64,000 nucleotides of DNA from Thermoplasmata archaeon (GCA_034667725.1 JAXDQS010000005.1:1-64000), one strand, 5' to 3'. Shown: positions 1 to 9,591, counted from the first letter of the stretch. Program-made: numbers and translations. The notes: generated from the sequence alone by a model not told the origin.

Positions 1-137
1 TGGCGATCTGCTCGCTCGCTGCGGCCCTGACGTGCCGCAGCGTCCGCGCGCACCTTCGGTGCGGCGCTTGAGCAGATCGCCGTCGCGCCTGGATGACCTG
101 GCTGCCGAGCCCTTCGTGCGGCGGAGCGCGCTTCGCG
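1..137 (-). repeat. Structured non-coding cassette downstream of secY, duplicating 13 nt of the secY 3' coding sequence (runs off the window edge)
   Basis: TGGCGATCTGCTC at 1-13 is identical to secY 194-206. Perfect 12-bp inverted repeat at 2-13/70-81 encloses two hairpins (17-42, 49-63). Confidence 0.75.
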
Positions 138-1706
138 CTACTCCGCGCCGAAGAAGCTGCGCAGCACAGGGTGCATTTCCATGGCTTGCTCCTTGGCGAT
201 CTGCTCATACATACGCATGAAGATGCCCACGCACAGCAGCAGGCCGGTGCCGGACGCTTGGCCGACGGTGCCGATCATGTCGGCCACGGCCGCCAGCAAC
301 CCGACGGTGGCGCCGCCGATGATGGTCAGGGTCGGGATGTAGCGGTCCAGCACCTTCTCGAGGACGCGGGGGTCGCGGCGGAAGCCGGGGATCTGCATCC
401 CGGACTTCTCGATCTGCTTGGCGACGTCGCGGGGGCCCATGTTGGTGGTGTCCACCCAGAACTTGGCGAACATGATGGAGCCGCCGACGTAGAGCGTGAG
501 GTAGATGCCGATCTTGACGAGGATCTGCCACCATTTGTGGTCGTACACCAGGCTGGAGTATCTCCCGTCGAACAGCGGCAGGAACCAGTCTTGCAGGCCG
601 CGGTACTGCTGGAGGTACCAGGCGCCGCCGGCGATGGCGCTGGTGGAGCCGGTGCCGGTCTGGTAGGTGCCGATCCACCATTGGTGCCCGAGGCCGGGGA
701 TGCCGCTGAAGGTGGGGTGCTGCCACAACAGCAGGCTGAAGATGTTGATGTTCGCCAAGAGCGCCGCCATCAGGATGACGGGGATGTTCGAGGCGTAGAT
801 GAGGCGCAGCGGGTAGCGGCCGCGGGCGCCGCGGACCTTGCCGTGCGCGAGGGGCAGCTCGATGCGGGTGGCTTCGGCGTACACCACGAAGATGAAGATC
901 ATCACGGTGCCGAAGAACGCGATCAGCGGGTTGGGGAACGCCTGGTTGCCGATGAAGACGGACTCGAAGCCGCCGTCGTGCACCATGCTGCTGAGGTCGC
1001 GGTTCCAGAAGACGTAGAACAGCATCGGGACCGAGCCGACGGGCGGGTTGGTGAAGGGGTTCATGGCGCCCGCGGACGGGTTGGAGGGCTCCCAGGACAC
1101 GGTGCCCTGGAACAGCGCCTGGCTGACGCCGGCGGCGATGAACAGCGAGATGCCCGAGCCGATGCCCCACTTGGAGATGAGCTCGTCCATCAGGAACACC
1201 AGGATGGCGCCGACGGCGAGCTGGGCGATGATGATGCTGCGGGCCCCGAGGTCGCCGACCTGGCCGATCAGGTTGCTGTCCGGGTTGAGGAAGCCGTACA
1301 CCTGGGGGATGGCTTCGATGAAGATGAACAGCAGGACCATGATCTTCTGCGCGCCTTGGTAGATGCGCTTGTCCTCGGTCTTGGTGAGGTCGAGCTTGAT
1401 GATCTTGGCGCCCGTGAACAGCTGCATCACGATGCTGCCGGTGACGATGGGGCCGATGCCGAGGTGCATCAGGGTGCCTTGGCTGCCGGCCAGGATGGCG
1501 CGGAAGCCGGCGAACAGGTCCAGCGACTGGCCCGCGATGCCGAACAGCGGGATGTTGCTGAGGGCGAAGTAGACCAGCAGGCAGACCGTGGTCCACAGCA
1601 GCTTGGTGCGGAAGGCGACGTGTCCCTCCGGCTTGGAGACGGCAGGCCACCGCTTGATGAGGGGGTCCAGCGCGTAAAGGGAGCTTCGGCGTTCGGTCTC
1701 GGCCAT
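138..1706 (-). CDS. secY: Preprotein translocase subunit SecY (archaeal)
   Basis: Motifs LGIGPIVTGSIVMQL, YASNIPVIL, GMQIPGFRRD, GTGLLL; multiple TM helices; follows rpl15. Confidence 0.98.
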   Translation of the reverse strand: MAETERRSSLYALDPLIKRWPAVSKPEGHVAFRTKLLWTTVCLLVYFALSNIPLFGIAGQSLDLFAGFRAILAGSQGTLMHLGIGPIVTGSIVMQLFTGAKIIKLDLTKTEDKRIYQGAQKIMVLLFIFIEAIPQVYGFLNPDSNLIGQVGDLGARSIIIAQLAVGAILVFLMDELISKWGIGSGISLFIAAGVSQALFQGTVSWEPSNPSAGAMNPFTNPPVGSVPMLFYVFWNRDLSSMVHDGGFESVFIGNQAFPNPLIAFFGTVMIFIFVVYAEATRIELPLAHGKVRGARGRYPLRLIYASNIPVILMAALLANINIFSLLLWQHPTFSGIPGLGHQWWIGTYQTGTGSTSAIAGGAWYLQQYRGLQDWFLPLFDGRYSSLVYDHKWWQILVKIGIYLTLYVGGSIMFAKFWVDTTNMGPRDVAKQIEKSGMQIPGFRRDPRVLEKVLDRYIPTLTIIGGATVGLLAAVADMIGTVGQASGTGLLLCVGIFMRMYEQIAKEQAMEMHPVLRSFFGAE

Positions 1707-1845
1707 GGAGGAGGCACCTGGTCAGGGGGTTAGGGCGGCCCAAATGAGCGGGGCTCTTAAGGGCATGGAGTCGGAAGGTTCCGCGCTCCTGGATGATTGG
1801 GGGACGAGGCGAAAACCTTCGGTGGTTGGCTTTCGTGGGGGAGGG

Positions 1846-1860
1846 GGAGGGGAAAAGAAA
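1846..1860 (-). terminator. Pyrimidine-tract terminator candidate after rpl15
   Basis: Minus strand TTTCTTTTCCCCTCC directly after the stop; the motif recurs after other genes. Confidence 0.5.
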
Positions 1861-1873
1861 ACGGCGGGCGCGT

Positions 1874-2443
1874 CTAGGCCTGCTTCTTGCCGTCGGGCTT
1901 GGGGGCCTTGTCAGCCTTCGGCGCCTTGTCGGCCTTCGGGGCCTTGTCCGCCTTGGGCGCGGCCGGCTTGGCGGGCGCGGCGCCCTTGGCGGGCGCCTTG
2001 TCGGCCTTCTTCGGCTCAGGCGGGCTCAGGACCGTGACCTGGCCGCCGGCGGCCTTGACCTTCTCGATGGCGCCAGGCGAGGCCTGGTCCACCTTGACGG
2101 TGACCTTGTGCGCGATGGCGCCGGAGCCCAGCAGCTTGCCGATGCCCGCGGCCTCGAGGTCGATCTCGGCCTGGCCGGGGAACCGGATGGCGAGCTGGCC
2201 GACGTTGAGGGTCTCGGGCTTCGGGTTGCCGTCGCGGGAGCGGTACTTGAAGCCGATGCGGCCCCAGGGGCGCGCCGCCGTGTGCTCATGCTTGCCGCCC
2301 AGCAGCTGGAGCATGAGGTAGCGGTGCTTGTTGGCGCCGGCGCGGCCACGGCCGCCCCGGAGACCCGCGCCGCGGCCGGCCTTCTTGCCGCGCCCGTGCG
2401 TGTGGTTGCCGCGGAAGCGCTTGGCGCGGCCACCGGACGCCAT
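1874..2443 (-). CDS. rpl15: 50S ribosomal protein uL15 with Lys/Ala/Pro-rich C-terminal tail
   Basis: RGNHTHGRG..GGRGRAG, KLLGSG, AIEKVKAAGG. Confidence 0.96.
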   Translation of the reverse strand: MASGGRAKRFRGNHTHGRGKKAGRGAGLRGGRGRAGANKHRYLMLQLLGGKHEHTAARPWGRIGFKYRSRDGNPKPETLNVGQLAIRFPGQAEIDLEAAGIGKLLGSGAIAHKVTVKVDQASPGAIEKVKAAGGQVTVLSPPEPKKADKAPAKGAAPAKPAAPKADKAPKADKAPKADKAPKPDGKKQA

Positions 2444-2985
2444 CAGGCACCCCCGGCCTTCTCGTTGTCGCTGTGCAGCATGCGCTCCAGCAGCTCGTTG
2501 ATGCCGGTGCCGCGGTAGCCGAGGGCGCCGCCGGACTGGACGGAGCGCTTGATGCCTTCCAGGCCCATGCGGGCCGGGTGCAGGCGGAACAGGGGCTTGA
2601 CCTCGGGGATGTCCTTGTAGGCGAAGCTGCCCTCGACGATGGCGGCCGCGAGGGCGTCGATCGACTTGTGGGGCGTGTTCTTCGCGACGTAGGCGTCCGT
2701 CAGGGGCTTGTCGCCGACGAGGCGGCCGCGCGCCTTGATGACGGTGGCGAGCGTCTTGGCGTCGACCTCGCCCCAGGTGACGTAGTCCTTCGCGACCTGC
2801 AGCATGCCCTTCGTGGTCTCGTTGCCCGGGAGCACGACGGCGTGGTTGACGCGGTTGAGGCGGAGGAACTTGAGGGTGTCCTTCGCCTTCGGGTTGAGGT
2901 TCTGGGTGCCGCGCAGGCGGATGACCGTCACGGTGCCCTTGATGGCCAAGGGACCCTGGCGGGCCGAGATGGGCTTGGAGCTCAT
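2443..2985 (-). CDS. rpl30: 50S ribosomal protein uL30 (long archaeal form)
   Basis: True start MSSKPIS at 2985 (ATGA overlap with rps5 stop); IRLRG..LRLNRVN..DYVTWGE..FRLHP..GALGYRG..INELL. Confidence 0.95.
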   Translation of the reverse strand: MSSKPISARQGPLAIKGTVTVIRLRGTQNLNPKAKDTLKFLRLNRVNHAVVLPGNETTKGMLQVAKDYVTWGEVDAKTLATVIKARGRLVGDKPLTDAYVAKNTPHKSIDALAAAIVEGSFAYKDIPEVKPLFRLHPARMGLEGIKRSVQSGGALGYRGTGINELLERMLHSDNEKAGGA

Positions 2986-3998
2986 GCCTGGGCCTCCGGA
3001 GTGGGGGCGGCGGGAGCGGCTTCGGCCGGGGGCTGCTCGACGATGCGGGGCGCCACGGCCTTCTGGGCGCCGGCGACCATCTGGATGCGGCCGCGCTGGG
3101 CGGGCGTCATCTGCATGTCGTTGACGGCCTTGAGGGCGTTGAACAGCGCCTTGGCGTAGTTGGTGGTGGTGCCGGTCTGGCCGCGCGTGTAGATCCACGC
3201 GTCGTGGACGCCCGCGAGCCCGAGGACCGCGCGGGCGGTCTTGCCGCCGACCAGGCCGGTGCCCTGGGGCGCCGGCTTGATGGTGACCTCGGTGGAGGCG
3301 CACTTGCCGAACAGCTTGAACGGCACGGAGTTGGCGGGGGCGCCGGCGCCGGACTGCCAGGAGCCGGAGCCGCGCTTGACCTCGATCATGTTGATCTTGG
3401 CGCGGTCGATGGCGCGCTTGATGGTCGGGCCGACCTCCTTGCCCTTGGCCATGCCGAGGCCGACGAAGCCGTCCTTGTTGCCCGTGACAGCAGTGATGCT
3501 GAAGCGGACGCGGCGGCCGGAGTCGGTCATGCGCTGGACCATGTTGATGTTGAGGACCTCGTCGGCCATCTCGGGCAGCAGGGCGTCGACGATCTCGGGC
3601 TCCCGCAGGGGCAGCTTCGAGTTGAGGGCCTCGCCCATCGTCTTGACCTGGCCGGACTTGACCATCTTGCCGAGGCGGGTCTTGGGCTCCCACGGAGCCT
3701 TCGGCGCGTCGTCGTCGCGGCGGCGCCGGGGGGCGCCGTCGCGGCCGCGGGGACCGCCGGGGCCACGGGGGCCGCCGGGACCGCGCGGCCCGCCGGGGCC
3801 GCCGCGGCCGGGGCCGCCGAAGCCGCCGCGGCCGCCAGGGCCGCCGGGGCCACGGGGGCCGCCGAAGCCGCCGCCGGAGCGGGGCGGGCCGCCGAAGCCG
3901 CCGGGGCGCGGCGGGCCGCGGGGGCCGTCGCCGGCCGGGCGGGGCGCTTCACCCGCGGCGCGAGGCGCGCGCGGGGCTGGTGCGTTGGATTCTGCCAT
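2982..3998 (-). CDS. rps5: 30S ribosomal protein uS5 with long Gly/Pro/Arg-rich N-terminal extension
   Basis: WEPKTRLGKMV, VQRMTDSGRR, PAPQGTGLV. Confidence 0.97.
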   Translation of the reverse strand: MAESNAPAPRAPRAAGEAPRPAGDGPRGPPRPGGFGGPPRSGGGFGGPRGPGGPGGRGGFGGPGRGGPGGPRGPGGPRGPGGPRGRDGAPRRRRDDDAPKAPWEPKTRLGKMVKSGQVKTMGEALNSKLPLREPEIVDALLPEMADEVLNINMVQRMTDSGRRVRFSITAVTGNKDGFVGLGMAKGKEVGPTIKRAIDRAKINMIEVKRGSGSWQSGAGAPANSVPFKLFGKCASTEVTIKPAPQGTGLVGGKTARAVLGLAGVHDAWIYTRGQTGTTTNYAKALFNALKAVNDMQMTPAQRGRIQMVAGAQKAVAPRIVEQPPAEAAPAAPTPEAQA

Positions 3999-4016
3999 GT
4001 TGGTTCACTTCCTCGT

Positions 4017-4574
4017 CTAGCTCGACTTAGCTGCGACGGCCTTCTTGGGGGCCTTGGTGGGGCTCGCGGCCGGCGCCTTGCCGGACTCGATGTTGCCCTT
4101 CACAGCGTTGAAGTTCGTTTCCAGGTCCAGGAACGCCCCGTTGAGGCGCTCTTCACTGGGGTAGATGTCGTCGTCGCCGGCGGCCACCTCGACGCCGGCG
4201 TCCTTGACGCCCTTGAGGGCGGCAAAGACGCGGGAGCCCTTGGTGGGGACGCGGCGGCCGATGTCCAGGACGGCCAGCGAGACGCCGGCGGCCAGGGCGC
4301 GCTTGCCGGCCAGGAGGCCCGTCAGGTAGGCGGCGGGGGTGTTCTTGGGGGAACCCTCCCAGCCCATCTTGGCGAGCTCCTGGGCGACGGCCGTCGCCTT
4401 GACCTCGTCGCCCTCGGGGGCGCGGTCGATGAACTGGACGATGACGTTGGCGCTGGTGCGGCGGACGACGAGGCGGACCTCGCCGGACTTCAGGAGCGCC
4501 AGGCGGCGGCGGTAGTCGGTCTTGCCTTCGCGGCGGCGCCGGAAGGGAACGCGGGTGCGTGGGGACGTTGCCAT
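4017..4574 (-). CDS. rpl18: 50S ribosomal protein uL18
   Basis: FRRRREGKTDYRRRLALL, NTPAAYLTG. Confidence 0.97.
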   Translation of the reverse strand: MATSPRTRVPFRRRREGKTDYRRRLALLKSGEVRLVVRRTSANVIVQFIDRAPEGDEVKATAVAQELAKMGWEGSPKNTPAAYLTGLLAGKRALAAGVSLAVLDIGRRVPTKGSRVFAALKGVKDAGVEVAAGDDDIYPSEERLNGAFLDLETNFNAVKGNIESGKAPAASPTKAPKKAVAAKSS

Positions 4575-5038
4575 TATGCCTCGACCTCCTCAGGGAGCGC
4601 GCCCTCGGTCTTCATGTGGGCGCGCAAGTGGGCGCGGGAGCGGAACTGGCCGCCCTTCGCGCGCACGTAGTAGTCTCGGTAGGTGGAGGCGTCGATGGCG
4701 CCCTTCTCGCGGAGCTCGCGGAGCTCGGAGCGCAGGGCGCGGATCAGGGACATCCAGGTGTCCTTGCGGGGGGTGCGCGCGCCGGCGGCGCCCTTGCGGG
4801 AGCCGGGCCCGCCGCGGCGGCCCTTGGCCTTCTGCTGGTCGTTCTTGCGGCCGCGGCCGCGCGAGACGCCCTGCTTCTGGACGGAGGTGATGACGCCGCC
4901 GGCCACCAGCTTGCGGATGTCGCTGCGGGTGACGGCGGTGGCGACCTCGGCCGCGCGGTCGGGGTCGATGCGGACGCGGGACTTGCCCACGGCCATGACC
5001 GACGAGGCCAGGCGGACCTGGTTCTTCAGGTCGGCCAT
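4574..5038 (-). CDS. rpl19e: 50S ribosomal protein eL19
   Basis: TRSDIRKLV, GPGSRKG, YVRAKGGQF. Confidence 0.96.
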   Translation of the reverse strand: MADLKNQVRLASSVMAVGKSRVRIDPDRAAEVATAVTRSDIRKLVAGGVITSVQKQGVSRGRGRKNDQQKAKGRRGGPGSRKGAAGARTPRKDTWMSLIRALRSELRELREKGAIDASTYRDYYVRAKGGQFRSRAHLRAHMKTEGALPEEVEA

Positions 5039-5580
5039 TACAGCTCACCCCGGTTCAGGACGCGGATGCCGGCCTTGTCGGCGGCGGCCACGATGAGCTT
5101 CTGCTTGCGGGCGCCGACGGTGCCGCCGATGCGAGCCGCCTGCGTCTCCTTCTGGACCTGCGCGAGGTCGGCCTCGTTGTGCACGAGGACCTCCTCGAAG
5201 CCGCTGGGGTGCAGGCCACGGACGGCCTCGGGGCCGCGGTAGCCGATCGACACCAGGGGCGGGCGGTACTTGAAGTGCCGGCGCACCTTGGAGTGGATGC
5301 CGCGGGGGAGGCGCCAGGGGGCGTCCTTGCCGCCGAGGCGCTTGTAGCGCCACCACTCGTGGCGCCGGAAGGCCGGGCGCTGCGCGTCCTTGACGGCGCG
5401 CACGCCGAGGAGGCTCCGGGTCTCGTCGGAGAGCTTGGGCTTGGGGTTCGCCTTGTAGGGCGTCGCCTTCGCCGACGTCTCCACGGGGGCCTTCGCCTGC
5501 GGCGCGTCCTTGACGGACTTGGCGGCCTCCGCTTTGCTCGTGGACGCCGCCTTCGCGGCGCCCTTGGTCTCAGGGCTCAT
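5038..5580 (-). CDS. rpl32e: 50S ribosomal protein eL32 with Ala/Lys-rich N-terminal extension
   Basis: WRLPRGIHSK, GYRGP..RGLHPSG. Confidence 0.96.
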   Translation of the reverse strand: MSPETKGAAKAASTSKAEAAKSVKDAPQAKAPVETSAKATPYKANPKPKLSDETRSLLGVRAVKDAQRPAFRRHEWWRYKRLGGKDAPWRLPRGIHSKVRRHFKYRPPLVSIGYRGPEAVRGLHPSGFEEVLVHNEADLAQVQKETQAARIGGTVGARKQKLIVAAADKAGIRVLNRGEL

Positions 5581-5586
5581 GCTGGC

Positions 5587-6129
5587 TTACTCTCCCTTCT
5601 TCGTGATGTAGACACCGTCTTGGAAGACGCGGATGTCCTTGTTGCGGATCTTGGTGCAGTTCTCGATGTTGGCAGCACTCTGGCTCACGGCCTGGAGGTC
5701 GACGCCCTCGAGGGTCACGTCGGCGCCCTTGACGGTGATCTTGACGCCGGGCTCGATGCGGGCGACGCGGGGGGCGCGCTCGCCGAGGAAGTTCTCGACG
5801 TGGAACTCGTCGCCGTGCAGGGTCATCTTGATGGGGAAGTGGTTGAACACCGCCTTCATCGAGTAGGTCCAGCCCTCGGTGACGCCCACGATCATGTTCT
5901 GGATGTGCGACGCGTAGGTGCCCGCGGTCGCCTTCTCCTTGCGGCGGGGCAGCTCCTTGGACACCACGACGTTGCTGCCGTCGACGCGGACCTTGACGGC
6001 CAGCGAGCGGAACTGCCGCTGCAAGGTGCCCTTGGGGCCCTTGACGGTCGTGCTGTTGCCCTCGGCGACCTTGATGGTGACGCCGGAGGGGATCGGGATG
6101 GTGTGGATGGTCTCGGCAAGTTGGGGCAT
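5587..6129 (-). CDS. rpl6: 50S ribosomal protein uL6
   Basis: VKGPKG, HFPI, NFLGE, KDIRVFQDGVYI. Confidence 0.97.
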   Translation of the reverse strand: MPQLAETIHTIPIPSGVTIKVAEGNSTTVKGPKGTLQRQFRSLAVKVRVDGSNVVVSKELPRRKEKATAGTYASHIQNMIVGVTEGWTYSMKAVFNHFPIKMTLHGDEFHVENFLGERAPRVARIEPGVKITVKGADVTLEGVDLQAVSQSAANIENCTKIRNKDIRVFQDGVYITKKGE

Positions 6130-6140
6130 GTCAAGTCACC

Positions 6141-6530
6141 TCAGTAGACGTACGCCAGAAGGCGTCCGCCGGTCCCGGTCTCCTTGGCCTTGTACTGGTC
6201 GATGACGCCGCCGGTGGTGGTGAGGATCAACGCGCCGAAGTCGCGGGCCGGAAGGAACCGCGACTCCCAGTGGTCGAACTCGCCGGTCTTGATGGCGTAG
6301 CGGGGCTTGATGACGCCGCAGTTGTTGATGGCGCCCACAAGGGTGACCTTGTAGAGGCCGCCGCGGCCGTCGTCCTGGTATTCGAAGGGCCCGATGTAGC
6401 CCTGGTCCTGCATGACCTTGAGGACGCGGCCCACCAGCTTGCTGGCGGGGGAGAGCGTGGCTGCGCCTTTGCCGGAGCGCTCCGCGTTGCGGAGGATGGT
6501 GAGGGCGTCTGCGAGGGGATCGTTTTGCAT
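6141..6530 (-). CDS. rps8: 30S ribosomal protein uS8
   Basis: [26 protein letters not shown]. Confidence 0.97.
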   Translation of the reverse strand: MQNDPLADALTILRNAERSGKGAATLSPASKLVGRVLKVMQDQGYIGPFEYQDDGRGGLYKVTLVGAINNCGVIKPRYAIKTGEFDHWESRFLPARDFGALILTTTGGVIDQYKAKETGTGGRLLAYVY

Positions 6531-6539
6531 CTTGTCACC

Positions 6540-6701
6540 TCAGGAGTACTTGTGGAAGCCGAGGTCGCGCGCGGACTCGCGGAAGCAGTGCCGGCACAGC
6601 CGGAGGCCGTAGCGGCGCACCATGGAGCGCATCTGGCCGCAGCGGCGGCAGCCCTCGTAGATGCCCTTGTGGACCTTGCGGGTCTTGATCTGCAGGCTCA
6701 T
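6540..6701 (-). CDS. rps14: 30S ribosomal protein uS14 (zinc type), absent from the ORF track
   Basis: Manual translation [53 protein letters not shown]; canonical position between rpl5 and rps8. Confidence 0.96.
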   Translation of the reverse strand: MSLQIKTRKVHKGIYEGCRRCGQMRSMVRRYGLRLCRHCFRESARDLGFHKYS

Positions 6702-7294
6702 TGGACCACCTCGATGTTGAACTTGGACACGAGGAATGCCTTGGCTTCCTCGCGGGAGACGCGGTGGCCGTCGGGGACCGAGCGGGCCAGCAGGCGGCGG
6801 CGCTTGATGCGGTGGCCGGGCTTCTCCAGGGTGATGCAGACGTCCATGCCGAACACGCCGGTGTCGGGGTCGTAGCGCTCGCCCTCGAAGTTGGTGTGGT
6901 CCGAGACGCCGAACTGCAGGTTGCCCTGGTTGTCGAACGAGTACTCGTACACCTTGTGCTTGCGGGTGTAGAGGGCGCGGCCGATGAACGACTCCGCGGA
7001 CTCGCCGCGCAGCGTCACCTTGCAGCCGATGGGCGCGCCGGGGCGGACGCCCAGCTCGCGGTTGTTCTCCTTGCCCAGGGTGCGCACCGGCTTGGCACCA
7101 GTGAGCTTGGAGAGGACCTTCTCGGCCTTCTCCAGCTTCTCGCCGCCGTCGCCGACGCCGATGTTGACGGTGACCTTGGCGATGCGCGGCTGCGTCATGG
7201 GGTTGACGCCGGGGTCCGCCTTGGCGGCGGGCTTGGCGGCGGCGCCCTTGGGGGCCGCCTTCTGGGTCTTGGGGACCGAAACAGTCTCAGACAA
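6698..7294 (-). CDS. rpl5: 50S ribosomal protein uL5
   Basis: [30 protein letters not shown]. Confidence 0.97.
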   Translation of the reverse strand: MSETVSVPKTQKAAPKGAAAKPAAKADPGVNPMTQPRIAKVTVNIGVGDGGEKLEKAEKVLSKLTGAKPVRTLGKENNRELGVRPGAPIGCKVTLRGESAESFIGRALYTRKHKVYEYSFDNQGNLQFGVSDHTNFEGERYDPDTGVFGMDVCITLEKPGHRIKRRRLLARSVPDGHRVSREEAKAFLVSKFNIEVVQ

Positions 7295-8003
7295 TGGACT
7301 TCACCTCGACGGGGAGGTTGGCCTTGTCCCCGATGGGGAAGGCGTAGGGCTTGATGGTGGTGAAGGTCGCGTCGTTGCCCTGCAGGTGCACCAGGTTGGG
7401 CTTGTGGCTGCGGGTGACCTCGATGGCCTTGACGGGGGCGATCTCGCCGGCGTGGCGGCCGTCGGTGATGAACACCTGGGCGCCCGCGTTGAGGGGGAAG
7501 TGGCCCAGGATCTTCTGGGACGGCAGCTCCATCTTCAGCACGTCGCCGGTCTTGTAGTCGTCCTTCTTGACCAGCAGGTTGCGGCCGTCGTGCAGGTTGA
7601 GCTGGGTGGCGCCGCCCTTGATCGTCGTCTTGTCGTTGATCTGGGCGAGCTTCCAGTTGGCGTTCTTGGCGTCGATCGGGGACAGCCGGAGGCGGGCCTT
7701 CTCGTCGACCATGACGCGCCAGGCCTTGCCGACCTTCGGGACGAACACGACGTCCATGAAGCCGACCGCGAACTTGGCGTCCTTGACGACGCGGCCGTCC
7801 ACCTGGACCTCGCCGGCGCCGATGACGCGGCGGGCCTCGCGGCCCGTCTCGGCGAGCTTCAGGTAGTCGCGCAGCACGGTGGCCAGCGGCAGCGCGCGCT
7901 CGACGGGGTGGCCGCCGGGCGAGGGCTTGGTGGTGTAGACGTTGGTCTTGCGGGGCAGGACCCAGCTGCGGGGGGCCGCCAGGCGCTTCATGTGCTTGCT
8001 CAT
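7287..8003 (-). CDS. rps4e: 30S ribosomal protein eS4
   Basis: HMKRLAAPRSW, VGFMDV, LHDGRN. Confidence 0.97.
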   Translation of the reverse strand: MSKHMKRLAAPRSWVLPRKTNVYTTKPSPGGHPVERALPLATVLRDYLKLAETGREARRVIGAGEVQVDGRVVKDAKFAVGFMDVVFVPKVGKAWRVMVDEKARLRLSPIDAKNANWKLAQINDKTTIKGGATQLNLHDGRNLLVKKDDYKTGDVLKMELPSQKILGHFPLNAGAQVFITDGRHAGEIAPVKAIEVTRSHKPNLVHLQGNDATFTTIKPYAFPIGDKANLPVEVKSIV

Positions 8004-8470
8004 GCGGTGGCCTCCTTCTTGGCGGCCTTCTTGGCGGGGGCCTTCTTGGTGGCCTTCTCGGTGCGCTCCTTGCCGGTGGCGCCGCGCTTGCCCGACTCCT
8101 CGGCGGACTCGAGCTTGGTGCGGCGGCGCTGGTCCTCCAGGTTCAGGCGGACCAGAAGCAGGTTGGAGGGGTCGATGGCGCGCGCGACCTCGGTGCCGTC
8201 GGCCTTCTTGTTGATGACGCCCTCCACGGTGACCTTGCGGGCCGAGGCGTCGATGGCGAGCACGCGGCCCGACTTGCCGGCGAAGTCGCCGCGCAGCACC
8301 TTGACCTCATCGCCCTTGATGACGGTGATGCTGCGGCGGTTGTACTTCAGCAGGAGCTCCTCGGAGAGGTGGGAGGCCATCTGCTTGCGGGCGACGTGGT
8401 GGGGCGCCGTGTAGCGCTGGAGGCGCTGCTTGCGGGGCTGGGAAGTGAAGTTCTTGGTCATGGGGATCAC
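8000..8470 (-). CDS. rpl24: 50S ribosomal protein uL24 (start may be ATG at 8461)
   Basis: [20 protein letters not shown] motif, DPSNL. Confidence 0.95.
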   Translation of the reverse strand: MIPMTKNFTSQPRKQRLQRYTAPHHVARKQMASHLSEELLLKYNRRSITVIKGDEVKVLRGDFAGKSGRVLAIDASARKVTVEGVINKKADGTEVARAIDPSNLLLVRLNLEDQRRRTKLESAEESGKRGATGKERTEKATKKAPAKKAAKKEATA

Positions 8471-8868
8471 ACAATCGTGGCGGCGGTCGCGGCGATGCGG
8501 GGCCAGCGGGCGGCGGCCTCCTTGGCAACGGGCCCCTTGATCTGGGAGCCCTTGACCTCGCCGTCGTCCTGGTTGATGATGACGCAGGCGTTGTCCTCGA
8601 ACTGGACGGTGGTGCCGTCGGGGCGCTGGAAGGGGCGGCGCTGGCGGACGACGACCGCGTACAGGATCTGGCGGCGCATCTCAGGGGTGCCCTTCTTGAC
8701 GGACACGATGATCATGTCGCCGACGCCGGCGGCCGGGTAGCGCTTCATGACGCCGCCGAGCTTCGGGACCATGATGATCTCGACCTCCTTGGCGCCCGTG
8801 TTGTCGATGACCTCCATGCGCGCCCCGCGGGGCAGGCCGCGCGTGACGTTGCCGGCGATGCCGCGCAT
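8467..8868 (-). CDS. rpl14: 50S ribosomal protein uL14
   Basis: [26 protein letters not shown]. Confidence 0.97.
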   Translation of the reverse strand: MRGIAGNVTRGLPRGARMEVIDNTGAKEVEIIMVPKLGGVMKRYPAAGVGDMIIVSVKKGTPEMRRQILYAVVVRQRRPFQRPDGTTVQFEDNACVIINQDDGEVKGSQIKGPVAKEAAARWPRIAATAATIV

Positions 8869-9359
8869 TACTGGTCAGCCTCCTTGGGGGCCTTCGGGGC
8901 GGCGGCCTTCTTGGGCGCGGCGGCCTTCTTCGGGGCGGCGGCCTTGGGGGCAGCGGCCTTCTTCGGGGCGGCGGCCTTGCCAGTGGGGGCCGGGGTGGCC
9001 TCCTCGCGGCGCTGCAGGGCAGGGTTGCCGCGGTTCTCGACCACGACGAAGTTGACGGTCTTGGAGATCGGGCGGCACTCCGCGATGGTGACCTCGTCGC
9101 CGACGGCCACGTCGATGTTCGACGGCACGTGGACGGGGTAGCGGCGGGTGCGCTTCTCGATGCGCTCGTACTTCTGCACCATGCGCTGGTGCTGCTTCTC
9201 CACCACGGCGGAGCCCTGCATCTTCGCCGACACCACGGTGCCGATGATGACCGAGCCCCGGACGGGGAGGGAGCCGTTGAACGGGTTCAGGCGGTCGCCG
9301 GGCGCAGGCTCGCGCTTGGGCGCACGCACTTCGATGCCGATGTCGCGGATGGCTGCCAT
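8868..9359 (-). CDS. rps17: 30S ribosomal protein uS17 with (K)KAAAP repeat tail
   Basis: [26 protein letters not shown]. Confidence 0.96.
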   Translation of the reverse strand: MAAIRDIGIEVRAPKREPAPGDRLNPFNGSLPVRGSVIIGTVVSAKMQGSAVVEKQHQRMVQKYERIEKRTRRYPVHVPSNIDVAVGDEVTIAECRPISKTVNFVVVENRGNPALQRREEATPAPTGKAAAPKKAAAPKAAAPKKAAAPKKAAAPKAPKEADQ

Positions 9360-9575
9360 GCGATGTTTCTCCTGTGTGCGGCGGCAAAGGGTGTCCTCCT
9401 GGGGGAGGATTCCGTTGCCTTGGCACCGAGGGGGTAACGACTCCCCGGCGGTGCGACCCGGCCGTGACGGGCAAGTCCCTTGGGGTTGGAGGCCCCGCGG
9501 GAACGGACCAGGGCTGCGGCGGGAGACGCCGTGACCCTGTTGCTGGGCAGGGCGGAGACCCCGTGGGATATAAGG
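9360..9575 (-). promoter_or_regulatory. TATA-like box plus ~180-nt structured 5' leader of the rps17-rpl15 block
   Basis: CTTATAT (minus) at 9568-9574; hairpin GGCAA..TCCTCC-CCCA-GGAGGA..TTGCC at 9383-9419; AGGAG SD. Confidence 0.6.
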
Positions 9576-9591
9576 GTGAGGGTGGGCGGCT

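Noticed and set aside
138-225. A/T-ending codons at the secY 3' end as proof of element-supplied replacement
   Set aside because: They occur both before (CGT, TAT) and after (CAA, GAA, CCT) the duplicated 13-mer, so they are suggestive at most
9360-9590. SRP RNA or RNase P RNA
   Set aside because: Too short and lacking the hallmark motifs; better explained as the rps17 leader
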